The position numbers were made by a program, and so were the translations under genes. Positions 11,411 to 24,890 of a stretch of 64,000 bases of DNA are shown here, piece by piece (positions within the stretch are counted from its first letter, which is position 1; every line of letters starts with the position of its first letter). The DNA comes from Sphyrna mokarran (Eukaryota), in assembly GCA_024679065.1 (NCBI GenBank), contig JAGIQG010000014.1, positions 76,012,001 to 76,076,000 of the forward strand, read 5' to 3'. Below the pieces are notes generated by a model. The model saw only the letters and a program-made list of their open reading frames with translations, had not been told where the DNA came from and made no database searches.

Positions 11411-11674
11411 TTTCCTTTCTCAGCTTCTCTAAATCGAACTATCAATAAAATTCTAACATTGACATCAATGACCCATGTTGACACTGGAAGTTATTTTTTG
11501 TTATCTTTTCCGTCAAGTATTCTGTAAACATTATTTTTAAGGCATTTGTTGTAATGCAGTTCCAGAGAAATTTTGGCAATGCAGTAATATTTACAGTATT
11601 GACACAAAATCGTGATTCCATTTTTCATTGTGCAACAATAAATCTTAGGAGCTCTGCCTATTTCAAACATTCCT

Positions 11675-11870
11675 GCTTTAAGAAATGAACAGTAATGTTA
11701 TTGGTTGAATTTCAATACGTTTCTGCTCACCAATCAGAAGCTGAGATGTGATTGGGGATCCGGACTGCCCCTTTCACCACCCATCCACCATCACGCACGA
11801 TCAGACGCAGTGTAACATTGGATAGCGAGCAGCTCGGCAGCATTTGTGCACAAATCCACTGGCAATTTTA
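11675..11870 (+). promoter_or_regulatory. Conserved promoter block of g3
   Basis: Same motif series upstream of ATG 12037. Confidence 0.75.
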
Positions 11871-12036
11871 GACAAAAAGGAAAGATTTTACTGAAATAAC
11901 TCCAGCGATTCAAACAACAATCAGGTATTAACTGCATCTCAGTTTTCCTAGTTTTAAAATGTATTGATCTTACTGTTAAAAAGAGAATTTATGGTACGGA
12001 CACGTTCTGAAACAAGGGGAATGTGTTTCGCTGGAA

Positions 12037-14505
12037 ATGAGATATAAAACATATTGGTTGTTAAAATGCCAATTATTTTATTGTGTATTCTCCTCGTGGA
12101 ATCTAGTGTTTGGGCAGATTCGTTATTCGATTCCTGAAGAACTGCAACTGGGCGCCTTTGTTGGGAATATCGCAGATGATTTGGGTTTAGATATAAAGCA
12201 GCTCTCGGCTCGCAGTTTTCGGATTGTGCCCGGGCCCAGGAAACAATATGTGGATACAAATTTGAACACTGGCGTTTTATTTGTGAAAGAGAAAATTGAC
12301 AGAGAACAGATTTGCGGGCCTAGTTTGAGTTGTGTGATATCTTTGGACTGTTTGCTTGAAAATCCCTTAAAGCTGTACCAGGTTGGAGTGGAGATTCTCG
12401 ATGTGAATGACAATGCTCCCAGCTTCCCAAAGAAACAAATCCGCCTGGAAATCCCAGAGACGTCTTCATCGGGAACCCGCTTTCCCCTCGAGTCCGCACA
12501 CGATCCGGACATTGGAACAAACTCCCTGCAAATCTATGAGCTTCTCCCGAACGATTGTTTCATTCTCGATGTGCAGGTGAGCGACGGGGTTGAAAAAATC
12601 CCAGTATTAATGCTGCAGGGTTCCCTGGACAGAGAAACGGAATCCACCCACATGTTAACCTTAATAGCGAAGGACGGCGGAATCCCTGTGAGATCGGGCA
12701 CAGTTCAGATCTCAATCGTCGTAAAAGATGCAAATGACAACACCCCTGTCTTTCCCCAGTCAGTTTATAGAGTCACCCTATTGGAACATGCACCCGCAGG
12801 AACGCGGGTAATTATATTAAATGCCACTGACCCGGACGACGGTCCCAATGGAGAGATAACGTACTCGCTCAGTAGCCACACTTCTGCTGTAGCTCGGGAA
12901 ATATTCGAAGTGGATTCCAAAACTGGTGAAGTCAGATTGAGAGGGAAACTGAACTACGAACAGAGCAAGTCTTTCAAGATTAGCATACAAGCAATGGACA
13001 ACGGTCAAAACGCAATACCGGAGCACTGTGATCTGTTTGTCGATATTATTGACGTGAATGATAACGCACCTGAGGTAACATTAACATCTTTGTCCAGCAC
13101 AGTTTCAGAAGATGCTCCAGTTGGAACTGTAGTCGCTCTCTTCAGTGCAACAGATAAAGATTCGGGGCGAAATGGGCAGGTACAATGTCAAATTTCAAAT
13201 AAACTTCCCTTTAAACTCGATTCTTCTTTGAAGAATTATTATGAATTACTTGTTCAATACCCACTGGATCGTGAAAATGCTTCCCAGTATGATGTCACTA
13301 TAAGATGCACGGACGCAGGAAATCCTCCTCTGACATCCAAAAAAAACATTCGGATAGACGTTTCAGATATGAATGACAATGCCCCACGGTTTACCCAGTC
13401 TTTATATACAGCCAACGTCATGGAGAACAATGTTATTGGTGCTTCTATATTTTCCATTACGGCCTTTGATACGGATGTTGGACAGAACGCTAGACTTAAA
13501 TACTCTATCCTGGAGACACAAGTTGCGAATGCCTCGGTGTCCACTTACATCTCTATTAACTCGGAGACTGGAGACATATTCGCTCAGAGAACGTTTGACT
13601 ACGAGAAATTGAAAAACTTTCAAATCCATGTTCAAGTCATGGACTCTGGACACCCACCACTCGCCAGTAATGTTTCAGTGAATGTCATTATCCTTGACCA
13701 GAATGACAATGTTCCAGTAATCGTGCACCCATTAGCCGAGTATGGCTCAACGGTAACAGAAACAATATCCAGGTTTGCGGAACCAGGCTACTTGGTTGCA
13801 AAGGTATCGGCCACTGATGCTGACGCTGGGCAGAACTCTCGCCTTTCTTATTCCATTTTTCAGGCTACGCAGCATAACCTTTTTACTATTTCACCAGACA
13901 CTGGGGAAATTTGGACTATCCGTCGTATTGAGAATAAAGATGCCTCTAAGCAAAGGTTGGTGATTGTGGTAAAAGACAATGGAACTCCATCACTTTCTGC
14001 CACAGTGACCATCATCTTAACGGTGGTAGGTGGAGACACTGAAACATTCTCCAGTTTCAGTGAATCGTCTAAAGATCCAGGGTTCACTCCTGATCTGAGC
14101 CTTTCCTTGGTCATAGCATTAGGAGTAATTTCTGGCATTTTTCTGATGATTTTAATTATACTTGCTATGAAGGTTCATCAAAACAGAAGTGCGTTGGGAG
14201 GTCAGCATTTTCCACTGGGAGTCTGTTGCTGCTTTGAAACGAGACATTCTCTGAACGGAATTCAAAAGGCCAGCAGAAATCTTCAGATACCACCCAACTA
14301 TGTTGAGGTATTCGGGGGTGATCCACTTTCTCAGAGTTTCCGCTACGAGTCATGTTCAACATTGCAGTCAACAAAGAAAGACTTCATAACGTCTAGCGCA
14401 TGGAGGTCGTCCACAGACAAAAACTATGTCCACAATGAGGCTGTGAGGAAAGAAAACCCAGGAATGATTCATTCCGAAAACAACATCAATCATTCTAACA
14501 CCAAG
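12037..14505 (+). CDS. g3: clustered protocadherin variable exon
   Basis: ORF 12037..14520; same architecture; AAG|GTGAGG donor at 14505/14506. Confidence 0.96.
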
Positions 14506-15611
14506 GTGAGGCGCACTTAAAAAGTGAATAACATATTTACAAATTTCCTTATGATACACAGAACATTTGGAGAAACAAATGTCTGTTTATTTCAATAAGG
14601 TGGATGTAATTGCGCGTGCACAATTTTCTGCAACATTTCTATTTCCTGCCAGCATCTATCTTTATTGCTATGTCGAGGGTATCTTGCAGGTTGTATTTGC
14701 ATTGCTTTGTGATCATATTAACTTATTGTCAAGCACAGGTCAAAGTTTGTTCGCTCATGTCGCCTGTTAGCGCTTTTTAAGCTCTTGGATTCCATTTAAG
14801 TCGAAGGGTAAGTTGACTTTGTTCCATGCGTTGTAAACCTTTAAATGTACCTGATTTAAGAGGAAATCTCTGCATTCGTAAAAGCGTGCAAGTGTAGAAT
14901 ACTTCATTGATAATAGTACAGATCATTTCCACACTCCTGTAATTCATTTGTTTAATTTCTAATGAGCATAGTCTCCGCGTGTTTGTTCTGAGCAACATCA
15001 GCATGTCTCTCTCTGGTTGTCGGACTATTAGAAATTGATCAACTATTCTTATTAATGAAAACTGTCAATGGACATTTGACAGCAGTCCAGCAGCGAGACT
15101 GTCCTGGTTTCCCATTGCAGTTTATCTACCAGCAATGGAAATTGACTTGATGCCAAAAGTCTAAAGTGATTTTTCCGCAATACGATTGGCTCTGATCAAT
15201 TTGGGATGATCCTACATTCACTGACGCCCTGATGTTGATTGGTTGGAAATACAACACTGAGGCTATAACAATTAAGACCTAGCCAACTGTATGGTAATTG
15301 GCTAAAATGCTCAGAGTTCCTTCAAGATACTTACATTTGTGCATTTAGAGTGTGTGCAACAAAGTCAACATTTTTCACCCATTTAAGTTTAGAAAATTGC
15401 AGGAGAAATTACTGGCATATTCTTCATGGATTCTTTCTTGGCTGCCAAATTTCCAGAACATTTCTAAATCATATGATATATACGACATAGCCATGTAATT
15501 GATTCTCTCAGAGACACATGGGTCTCTGAGTACATTGTCATATCAAAGAAACATGGTCACTTTTAGACTGATATTTAACAATGATGAAGATGTTGCATTA
15601 ACCTATGAAAA

Positions 15612-15810
15612 TGGTTGGCATGGTAATATAGTGCTGTCTCACCCGGCCAAGCACTAGGGTTTGATTCCCGGCTTGGAGCACAGTCTGTGCAAGGTCCACA
15701 TGTTCTCCCCGTCTCTGTGTGAGTTCCCTCCACATGCTCTGATTTTCTCCCACAGTCCGAAAGCCATTCTGGTTAGGTGCATTGATCATACTAAATTCTC
15801 CCTCATTGTA
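15612..15810 (+). mobile_element. V-SINE cut by the deletion that made the g4 pseudo-exon
   Basis: Head and V-domain match the full copies at ~24600 and ~39280 up to ctaaattctccctcattgta, then the sequence switches to Pcdh coding DNA. Confidence 0.85.
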
Positions 15811-16810
15811 TTCTGGAGACACAAGTTGAGAATGCCTCGGTGTCCACTTACATCTCTATTAACTCGGAGACTGGGGTCATTATTGCTGAGAGATCTTTTG
15901 ACTACGAAAAATTGAAAAACTTTCAATTTCAAGCTCGGGTCACAGACTCTGGAACCATACGGCTCACCAGTAATGTCTCAGTGAATATTATTATCCTTGA
16001 TCGGAATGACAACGTTCCAGTAATCGTGCACCCATTAGCCGTGTATGGCTCAACAGTAACAGAGACAATATTCAGGTTTGCAGAACCAGGCTATTTGGTT
16101 GCTAAGGTGTCGGCCACTGATGCTGACGCTGGTCAGAACACTCGCCTTTGTTTCTCCATTTTTCAGGCTATCCAGCAAAACCGTTTTTTACTATTTCACC
16201 AGACACTGGGGAAATTTGGACTATCCGGCGAATTGAGAATAAAGACGCTTCTAAGTAACGACTGATGATTATGGTAAAAGACAATGGAACACCAGCACTT
16301 TCTGCCACAGTGACCATCGTCTTATCTATGGTAGGTGGTGACACCGAGACAATCTCCAGCGTCAGTCGATCATCTGAAGATCCGGGGTTTACTCCTGATT
16401 TGACCTTTTCCTTGGTCATAGCATTAGGAGTAATTTCTGGCATTTTTCTCGTGTTTGCAATTATCCTAGCTGTGAAGATTCAACAAAGCAGAAATGTTTT
16501 GGGAGGTCAGCCCTGTTCCCTCGGTGTGTGTTGCTGTTTTGAAACGAGACATTCTCTGAATGGAATTCAAAAGGCCAGCAGAAATCTTCAGATAGCATCC
16601 AACTATGTTGAGGTATTCGGGGGTGATCCACTTTCTAAGAGTTTCCGCTATGAGTCATGTTCAATATTGCAGTCAACAAAAAGAGATATCTTAACTCTCA
16701 ACACGTGCAGATTATCAACAGACAAGAATTATCTGTGCAATGAGTCTGTGAGGAAAGAACATCAGGGAATGATTAATTCAGAAAACTATTTTAACTCTGC
16801 ACATATCGAG
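15809..16810 (+). pseudogene. g4: protocadherin variable-exon pseudogene, 3' half only (mid-EC5, EC6, TM, VCD)
   Basis: Starts abruptly at ...ILETQVENAS fused to a SINE; no promoter or EC1-EC4; +2 frameshift near 16183 (ccgtttttta vs ccttttta); CAA>TAA at 16256-16258; donor weakened to GAG|GTGAAA. Confidence 0.93.
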
Positions 16811-17765
16811 GTGAAATGCAGTTACGAAGTGAATAACATCATTTCAGATTTCCTTTGGATAGACCAAAAGTTTTGGGGGTTCAAGAGTATGTTATTTCAA
16901 TAGGATGGAAGTGATACCTGAAATAGGTTATGCAGTTTCCTACAATATTTCTATTTTCTGTTGGTGTCCCTTTGTTCCCTTTTGTTGTCATGCATATCTT
17001 ACAAGTTGCATTTTCATTGTTTTGTTATCATGTGTAATTTATTATCAAGCCTAGGTTAAATTTTCTTCAAGGAATTCACTTCATCTGTTGACGTTTTTTA
17101 ATCAAGGGGAAATTTGATTTCATCCCAGGTGCAGTAAACTTGTAAATGTAACTATCATTTAAGGAACTCTTTCCATTCACAGGATCGTGCAAGAACACCA
17201 CTTTTCAATTGATACTAGAATTCCAGTTCCACATTGCTCCTGCAAAATACATGCTTCATTTCTGGTCGTCATGGTCTCAGAGCATTAATTCTTATTTATT
17301 AAAGTCAACATGTCCTCCTTTGAATGTCGGGCCATTCCAAATTGATCAGTTAGACCTATATCATTGTTAAAGAAGGCTTTCGACTGATGTTTGACAGCAG
17401 ATCTGACGCGAGACTACTTTTTTTTTAATGACAGACTGATTCTTTGAAATGAGAATTGGTTTGCTGCTAGAGGTCTGAAGCTGTATTCCTCCAATGCAAT
17501 AGAATCTTATCAATTTGAGGTGGTCCAATATTTTAAAGCATCCAGATGTTAATCGGTTGGAACTGCTACCCTGAGATCATAACAATTAGGTTCTAGTCAA
17601 TTTTACAATATTAGGCTGATGTTCCTACTAGTTTTCAAGGAAGTTATCCTTTAATTGCACGGTTATATGCATGCTCAGTGTTCCTCGCAATATACTTATA
17701 TTTGCACATTTTGAAGTGTGTGCAATGAAATCAAAACTTCCGTTTCATTTAATTTAGAAAGTTGT

Positions 17766-18705
17766 AGGAGGCCTATGACCAGCATTGTGTGACATGGTCC
17801 AGTGCTAGGTCCAATATTGTTTGCGATTTGTATAAACGATTTGAATAAGAACACAGGAGGCGTGGTTAGTAAATTTGTGGATGACAACAAAATTGGTGTT
17901 GTAATGAATCTTGGTCAACTGTACAGCGGGTCACGGAATGGCAGATGGAGCTAATTCAGATAAATGCGCGGTGTTGCATTATGGTAGGACAAACCAGGGC
18001 AGGACATATACTGTTAATGTAAGGGCCCTTTGGATTGTTGACAGACAGATCTAGAAGTGCAGGTACGCACTTCTTTGAAAGTGGCGTCAAAGCTAAATAG
18101 AGTAGTGAAGAGAGCATTTGGCGCATTTGCCCTCATCGGTTAACAGAATTAAGTAAAGGGGTTGCGAAGTTACATTACAACTGCACAAGACGTTAGTAAG
18201 ATTACATTTGAGTACTATGTATATTTCTCGTCGCTCTGCTATGGGAAGAATTGTTAAATTGGAAATGGTGCAAAAACGATTTACACGGATTTTACCGGAA
18301 GTGGAATGTTTGAATTATAAGGAGAGATTGAATAGGCTGGGACTTAGTTCCGTAGAGTGCAGGAGGAAGAGGGGTGACCTTATAGAGGTTTGTAAAATCA
18401 TAGACAATGTGAATAGCCAAGGTCTTCCCAGGATAGGGGAGTCCAAAACTAGAGGGTGTAGGTTTAAGGTGAGAGGTGAAAATTAAAAAGGGACCTGAAG
18501 GATCATAGTTTCATACAAAGTGTGTTGCGTTATATTTATATCCACATCCAGAGGTAGACGCGGATATAAACACAACATTTAAAAGACTTTTGATCAGATT
18601 CGTGAATAGGAATGACTTGGAGGGATATGGGCTAAACACAAGCAAATGGGACTAGTTCCCAGTTGGCATTGACAGGTTGGGCTGAAAGGCTTGTTTTCGT
18701 ACTGT
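17766..18705 (+). mobile_element. Degenerate CR1 LINE fragment (paralog of 8451-9385)
   Basis: ORF 18208..18486 KLEMVQKRFTRILPEVECLNYKERLNRLGL. Confidence 0.85.
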
Positions 18706-19074
18706 GGATTTCTATAAATCTAGCACTCTACAACTATCTGACATATTCTTCATAGATTATTTCTTGAATGCTAACTTTTTACGATGTTTGTAAATTGTAT
18801 GATTTACACATTGTAGCCATGTAATTGTTTCTCTCAGGAATGCCGAGTTCTATGAATACTTTATCATATCAAAGAAGCATCATAAATCTTAGAGTGGCAT
18901 CTAGAAATTATATAAATATTTTATTAAGCTATGGATATATGTAATGTAAACCAGTTTAAACTGATGGGCATAGGATCCAGTACCAATAAAAGGGAAAACT
19001 GCAATGATCATACATCGAACAGTGAAAGGATCTTAACAACGAGAAAGAGGTAGTAACAGTGCCAATTAACAATC

Positions 19075-19263
19075 CTTTCCAGGCCCTGTAAACTGCTAAT
19101 CCCTCTGGTCAGCTTACCATAGCCAATCAACCTAACGACCAGATCTTTCAACTCTGGGAGGATATCCCCACAGACACAGGACAAATAGTGAACCGAGGCT
19201 GGAATTGAACCCAGATGCTTGGTGCTGTGAGGCAGCAGTGCTAACCACTGTGCCACCGTGCCA
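19075..19263 (-). mobile_element. V-SINE (paralog of 10135-10350)
   Basis: Same head and V-domain in the same flanks. Confidence 0.75.
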
Positions 19264-19644
19264 CTTTCAAAGACGAAAATATTTCTGTATGTATCCTTTT
19301 AAACGGTTGAGCACCACAAATGAAATTGACAATAATAAAGTATTGAACTTGAGTGTAAGAATAGAAGGTGCTGAACATACAATTCTGTTTATTCATGCAA
19401 GGTTCGAGATTAGAATGTTGAGGTTTGTGTTGCAGAGTATAGAGATTACTTTACATCCAAAAACGTTCTATTAAGATGACTTGATGGATACCTGGAAGAG
19501 AAGCAGAGGATTTTGGAATTGTCACTACAGTAATACCCCATGTTTAATTGCATCGAGAGCAAGGAAAAAGTACAGACTTGGTGATAGTTAGCAGCTCCTT
19601 GGCAATAGAAGCCATAACAGAATCATCATGCTTGGATAATACGG

Positions 19645-20360
19645 AGATACGAAATAGGACCACGGCTGATCAATTTTCTCAACACCATACCCCCGAGCTC
19701 TCCCCATGCTCGTTGATGCTTTCCAATTCTAGAAACCTAATTTTTCCTTCTTAAATATATTCAGCGACTTGACACCCAAAGCCTTCTTCGGTAGAAAATT
19801 CCACAAGTTTGCCACTTTGCCGATGAAGACCTTCCTTCTCATCTCAAACCTAAATGGCCTACTCCATATCTTGAGACTGTGACCTCTTGGTCTAGATTTA
19901 ACACCACCACCACCACCCCACCCCGCGCGCCCCACTCTCCCCTTCCCCCCGACCCATTCCCTCTCACCACATCTCTCTCTACCCCCGCCTCCTCCCCCCC
20001 ACGCCGCCCAATAACATACGCTAAATCCGACCAGAAGAAACATCAATTATGCACCCATTCTTCCCACCACTGTAACATTGTGGTACGAATCAATTACATA
20101 CACTCTCATTCTTCCGACTTGCAAAGAATACAGGCTTAGTTGGCCCAATATCTTCTCGTACGATGGTACCTCCTTCCTAAGAATTTGTCTATTGAACATT
20201 TGCTGCACTTCCTCGATGGTATGTATACAACATTTCTTCGGTAAAAAGACCAAAAACACATGCCATGCAGCGAGGTTAGTGTCTTCAAAACCCCATATAG
20301 CTGCAGGGAGAAAATCTTTCTCCTGTACTCAAGTCCGTCTGCAATGAAGATCAACGTGAT
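19645..20360 (-). mobile_element. Old CR1 LINE 3' fragment (paralog of 10735-11410)
   Basis: RGHSLKIWSRPFRFEMRRKVF...VANLWNFLP remnant. Confidence 0.75.
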
Positions 20361-20621
20361 GGTTCCTTTCTCAGCTTCTCTAAATCGAACTATCAATAAA
20401 ATTCAAATATTGACACCAATCACCAATGCTGACGAGAAAGTTTTATTTTGTTATCTTTTCCGTCATGTCCTCTGTAAACATTATTCTTAACGCATTTGTT
20501 GTAATGCAGTTCCAGAGATATTTTGGCAATACATTGACTTACAGTATTGACACAGAATCATGATTCCATTTTTAATTGCGCAACAATAAATCTTAGGACC
20601 TCTCCCTATTTCAGGCATTTC

Positions 20622-20820
20622 TGCTTTAAGAAATGAACAGTAATGTTATTGGTTGAATTTTAATACGTTTCTGTTCACCAATCAGAAGCTGAGATGTGAT
20701 TGGGGATCCGGACTGCCCCCTTCACTACCCATCCACCATCACGCACGATCAGACGCAGTGTAACATTGGATAGCGAGCAGCTCGGTAGCATTTGTGCACG
20801 AATCCACTGGCAATTTTACA
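20622..20820 (+). promoter_or_regulatory. Conserved promoter block of g5
   Basis: Same motif series upstream of ATG 20985. Confidence 0.75.
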
Positions 20821-20984
20821 CAAAAAAGAAAAGATTTTACTGAAATAACTCCAGCGATTCAAACAACAATCAGGTATTAACTGCATCTCGGCTTTTCTAG
20901 TTTTAAAATGTATTGATCTTACTGTAAAAAGAGAATTCATGGTACGGACACGTTCTGAAACAAGGGGAATGTGTTTCGCTGGAA

Positions 20985-23453
20985 ATGAGATATAAAACAT
21001 ATTGGTTGTTAAAATGCCAATTATTTTATTATGTATTCTCCTCGTGGAATCTAGTGTTTGGGCAGATTCGCTATTCGATTCCTGAAGAACTGCAACTGGG
21101 CGCCTTTGTTGGGAATATCGCAGATGATTTGGGTTTAGATATAAAGCAGCTCTCGGCTCGCAGTTTTCGGATTGTGCCCGGGCCCAGGAAACAATATGTG
21201 GACATAAATTTGAACACTGGCGTTTTACTTGTGAAGGAGAAAATTGACAGGGAACAGATTTGTGGGCCTAGTTCGAGTTGTGTGATATCCTTGGACTGTT
21301 TGCTTGAAAATCCCCTAAAGCTGTACCAGGTTACAGTGGAGATTCTCGATGTGAATGACAATGCTCCCAGTTTCCCAAAGAAACAAATCCGCCTGGAAAT
21401 GTCAGAGACGTCTTCACCGGGAACGCGCTTTCTCCTCGAGTCCGCACACGATCCGGATATTGGAACAAACTCCTTGCAAACCTATGAACTTTTCCCTAAC
21501 GATTGCTTCATTCTCGATGTGCAGATGAGCGACGGTGTTGAAAAAATCCCAGTATTAGTGCTGCAGGGTTCCCTGGACAGAGAAACGGAATCCACCCACA
21601 CGTTAACCTTAATAGCGAAGGACGGCGGAATCCCTGTGAGATCGGGCACAGTTCAGGTCTCAATCGTGGTAAAGGATGCAAATGACAATGCCCCCGTTTT
21701 TCCCCAGTCAGTTTATAGAGTCACCCTATTGGAAAGTGCATCCATTGCAATGCGGGTAATTATATTAAATGCTACTGACCCGGACGAAGGAGCCAATGGA
21801 GAGGTAACGTACTCGCTCAGTAGCCATTCTTCTGCTGGAGCTCAGGAAATGTTTGACGTGGATTCCAAAACTGGTGAAATCAGATTGAAAGGGAAATTGG
21901 ATTACGAACAGAACAAGTCTTTCAAGATTAGCATTCAAGCAATGGACAAAGGTCCATACGCAATACCTGCGCACTGTGATCTGTTTGTGGATATTATTGA
22001 TGTGAATGATAACGCACCTGAGGTCACATTGACATCTTTGTCCAGCACAGTTTCAGAAGATGCTCCAGTTGGAACTGTAGTCGCTCTCTTCAGTGCAGCA
22101 GATAAAGATTCCGGACGAAATGGGCAGGTGCAATGTCAAATTTCACAGAAACTGCCCTTTAAACTCGATTCTTCTTTGAAGAATTATTATGAATTACTTG
22201 TTCAATACCCACTGGACCGTGAAAAAGCCTTCCAGTATGATGTCACTATAATATGCACGGATGCAGGAAATCCTCCTCTGACATCCAAAAAAACCATTTG
22301 GGTAGAGGTTTCAGATATAAATGACAATGCCCCACGGTTTACCCAGTCTTTATACACAGCAAACGTCATGGAGAACAATGTTATTGGCGCTTCTATATTT
22401 TCCATTACGGCCTTTGATCCGGATGTTGGACAGAACGCTAGACTTAAATACTCTATCCTGGAGACACAAGTTGAGAATGCCTCGGTGTCCACTTACATCT
22501 CAATTGACTCGGAGACTGGAGACATATTCGCTCAGAGAACGTTTGACTACGAGAAATTGAAAAACTTTCAGATCCAAGTTCATGTCATGGACTCTGGAAA
22601 CCCATCACTCGCCAGTAATGTCTCAGTGAACGTTATTATCCTCGATCAGAATGATAATGTTCCAGTAATCGTGCACCCATTAGCCGAGTATGGCTCAACG
22701 GTAACAGAAACAATATCCAGGTTTGCAGAACCAGGCTACTTGGTTGCCAAAGTATCGGCCACTGATGCTGACGCCGGGCAGAACGCTCACCTTTCTCATT
22801 CAATTTTTCAGGCTACTCAGCATAACCTTTTTACTATTTCACCAGACACTGGGGAAATTTGGACTGTCCGGCGTATTGAGAATAAAGATGCTTCTAAACA
22901 AAGGTTGGTGGTTGTGGTAAAAGACAATGGAACACCATCACTTTCTGCCACAATGAGCATCATCTTAACTGTGGTGGGTGGAGATAGGGAAACATTCTCC
23001 AGCGTCAGTGGATCGTCTGAAGTTCCAATGTTCACTCCTGATCTGAGCCTTTCCTTGGTCATAGCATTAGGAGTAATTTCTGGCATTTTTCTGATGATTT
23101 TAATTATCCTCGCTGCAAAGGTACATCAAAACAGAAGTGTGTTGGGAGGTCAGCATTGTTCACTGGGAGTCTGTTGCTGCTTTGAAACGAGACATTCTCT
23201 GAATGGAATTCAAAAGGCTAGTAGAAATCTTCAGATACCACCTAACTATGTTGAGGTATTCGGAGGTGATCCACTTTCTCAGAGTTTCCGCTACGAGTCA
23301 TGTTCAACATTGCAGTCAACAAAGAGAGACTTCATAACGCCTAGCGCATGCAGGTCGTCCACGGACAAAAACTATTTCTACAACAAGACTGTGAGGAAAG
23401 AAGACCCAGGAATGATTCATTCCGAAAACAACATCAATCATTCTAACACCAAG
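20985..23453 (+). CDS. g5: clustered protocadherin variable exon
   Basis: ORF 20985..23468; AAG|GTGAGG donor at 23453/23454. Confidence 0.96.
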
Positions 23454-24599
23454 GTGAGGCGCACTTAAAAAGTGAATAACATATTTACAAATTCCCTTAT
23501 GATATATAGAAGATTTGGGAGAAACAAGGGCCTGTTTATTTGAATAGGATGGATGCAATTACGCGATGCACAATTTTCTGCAATATTTCTATTTCCTGCC
23601 AGCATCTGTTTTTTTATTGCTATGTCGAGGGTAAGATGCAGGTTGTATTTGCATTGTTTTGTGATCATATTAACTTATTGTCAAGCATAGGTCAAAGTTT
23701 GTTCGCTCATGTCGCCTGTTGGCCTTTTTTAAATACTTGGATTTTATTTAAATCGAAGGGAAAGTTGACTTTGTTCCATGCGTTGTAAACCTTTAAAAGT
23801 ACCTAATTTAAGAGGAACATTCTGCATTCATAAAAGCGTTCAAGTGTAGAACGCTTTCATTGGTAATAATACAGGACACTCTCACATTGCTCCTGTAAAT
23901 CACTTGTTTAATTTCTACTGAGCATGTTCTCAGCGTGTTTGTTCTGAGCAACATCAGCGTGTCTCTCTTTGATTGTCGGATCATTACAAATTTATCAACT
24001 AGTCTTACTAATGAAAACTGTCAATGGACATTTGACAGCAGTCCAGCAGCGAGACTGTCCTGGTTTTCCATTGCAGTTTATCTACCAGCAACGAAAGTTG
24101 ACTTGATGCCAGAAGTCTGAAGCGATTTCCCTGCAATAAAATTGGCCCTGATCAATTTGGGATGATCCGACATTCTCTAATACCCGATGCTGATTGGTTG
24201 GAAATACCACACTGAGGCTATAACAATTAGGACATAATCAACTGTGCAGTACTTGGCTAAAATTCCTAATCTATTATTACGGAAGCTATCCTTAATGCTC
24301 AGAGTCCCTTCAAGATACTTATATTTGTGCACTTAGAGTGTGTGCAACAAAGTCAACATTTTTTATCCATTTAAATTTACAAAGTTGCAGGAGAATTTCC
24401 TGGCATATTCTTCATGGATCCTTCTTGGATGCCAAATTTCCAGAGCATTTATAAATCGTATGACATATACGACATAGCCGTGTAAATGATTCTCTCAGTG
24501 ACGCACAGGTCTGTGGGTACCTTGTCATATCAAAAAATATGATTACTTTTAGACCGATATTTAACAATGATGAAGATATTGCATTAACCTATGAAATGG

Positions 24600-24890
24600 T
24601 TGGCATGGTGGCACAGTGCTGCCTCACCCTGCCAAGCACCGAGGTTTGATTCCCGGCTTGGAGCACAGTCTTTGCAGGGTCTGCACGTTCGTTCTCCCCA
24701 TCTCTGCGTGTGTTTCCTCCAGGTGCTCCGATTTCTTGCCATAGTCCGAAAGCCACACAGATTAGGTGCATTGACCGTGCTAAATCCTCCCTTATTGTAT
24801 GAACAAGCGCCAGAATGTGGTGACGCGGAAATGTTCACAATAACTTCACTGCAGTGTTAACAAAAACTACTTGTGACAGTAGCAAATACA
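24600..24890 (+). mobile_element. V-SINE with non-CR1 tail (cacaataacttcactgcagtgttaa...ctacttgtgaca)
   Basis: Head ggcatggtggcacagtgctgcctcac, V-domain, distinct tail. Confidence 0.78.

Noticed and set aside
11919-11955. CAG|GTATT donor-like and nearby AG acceptor-like sites in the 5' leader
   Set aside because: Only ~30 nt apart, too short for a canonical intron; no support without transcripts.
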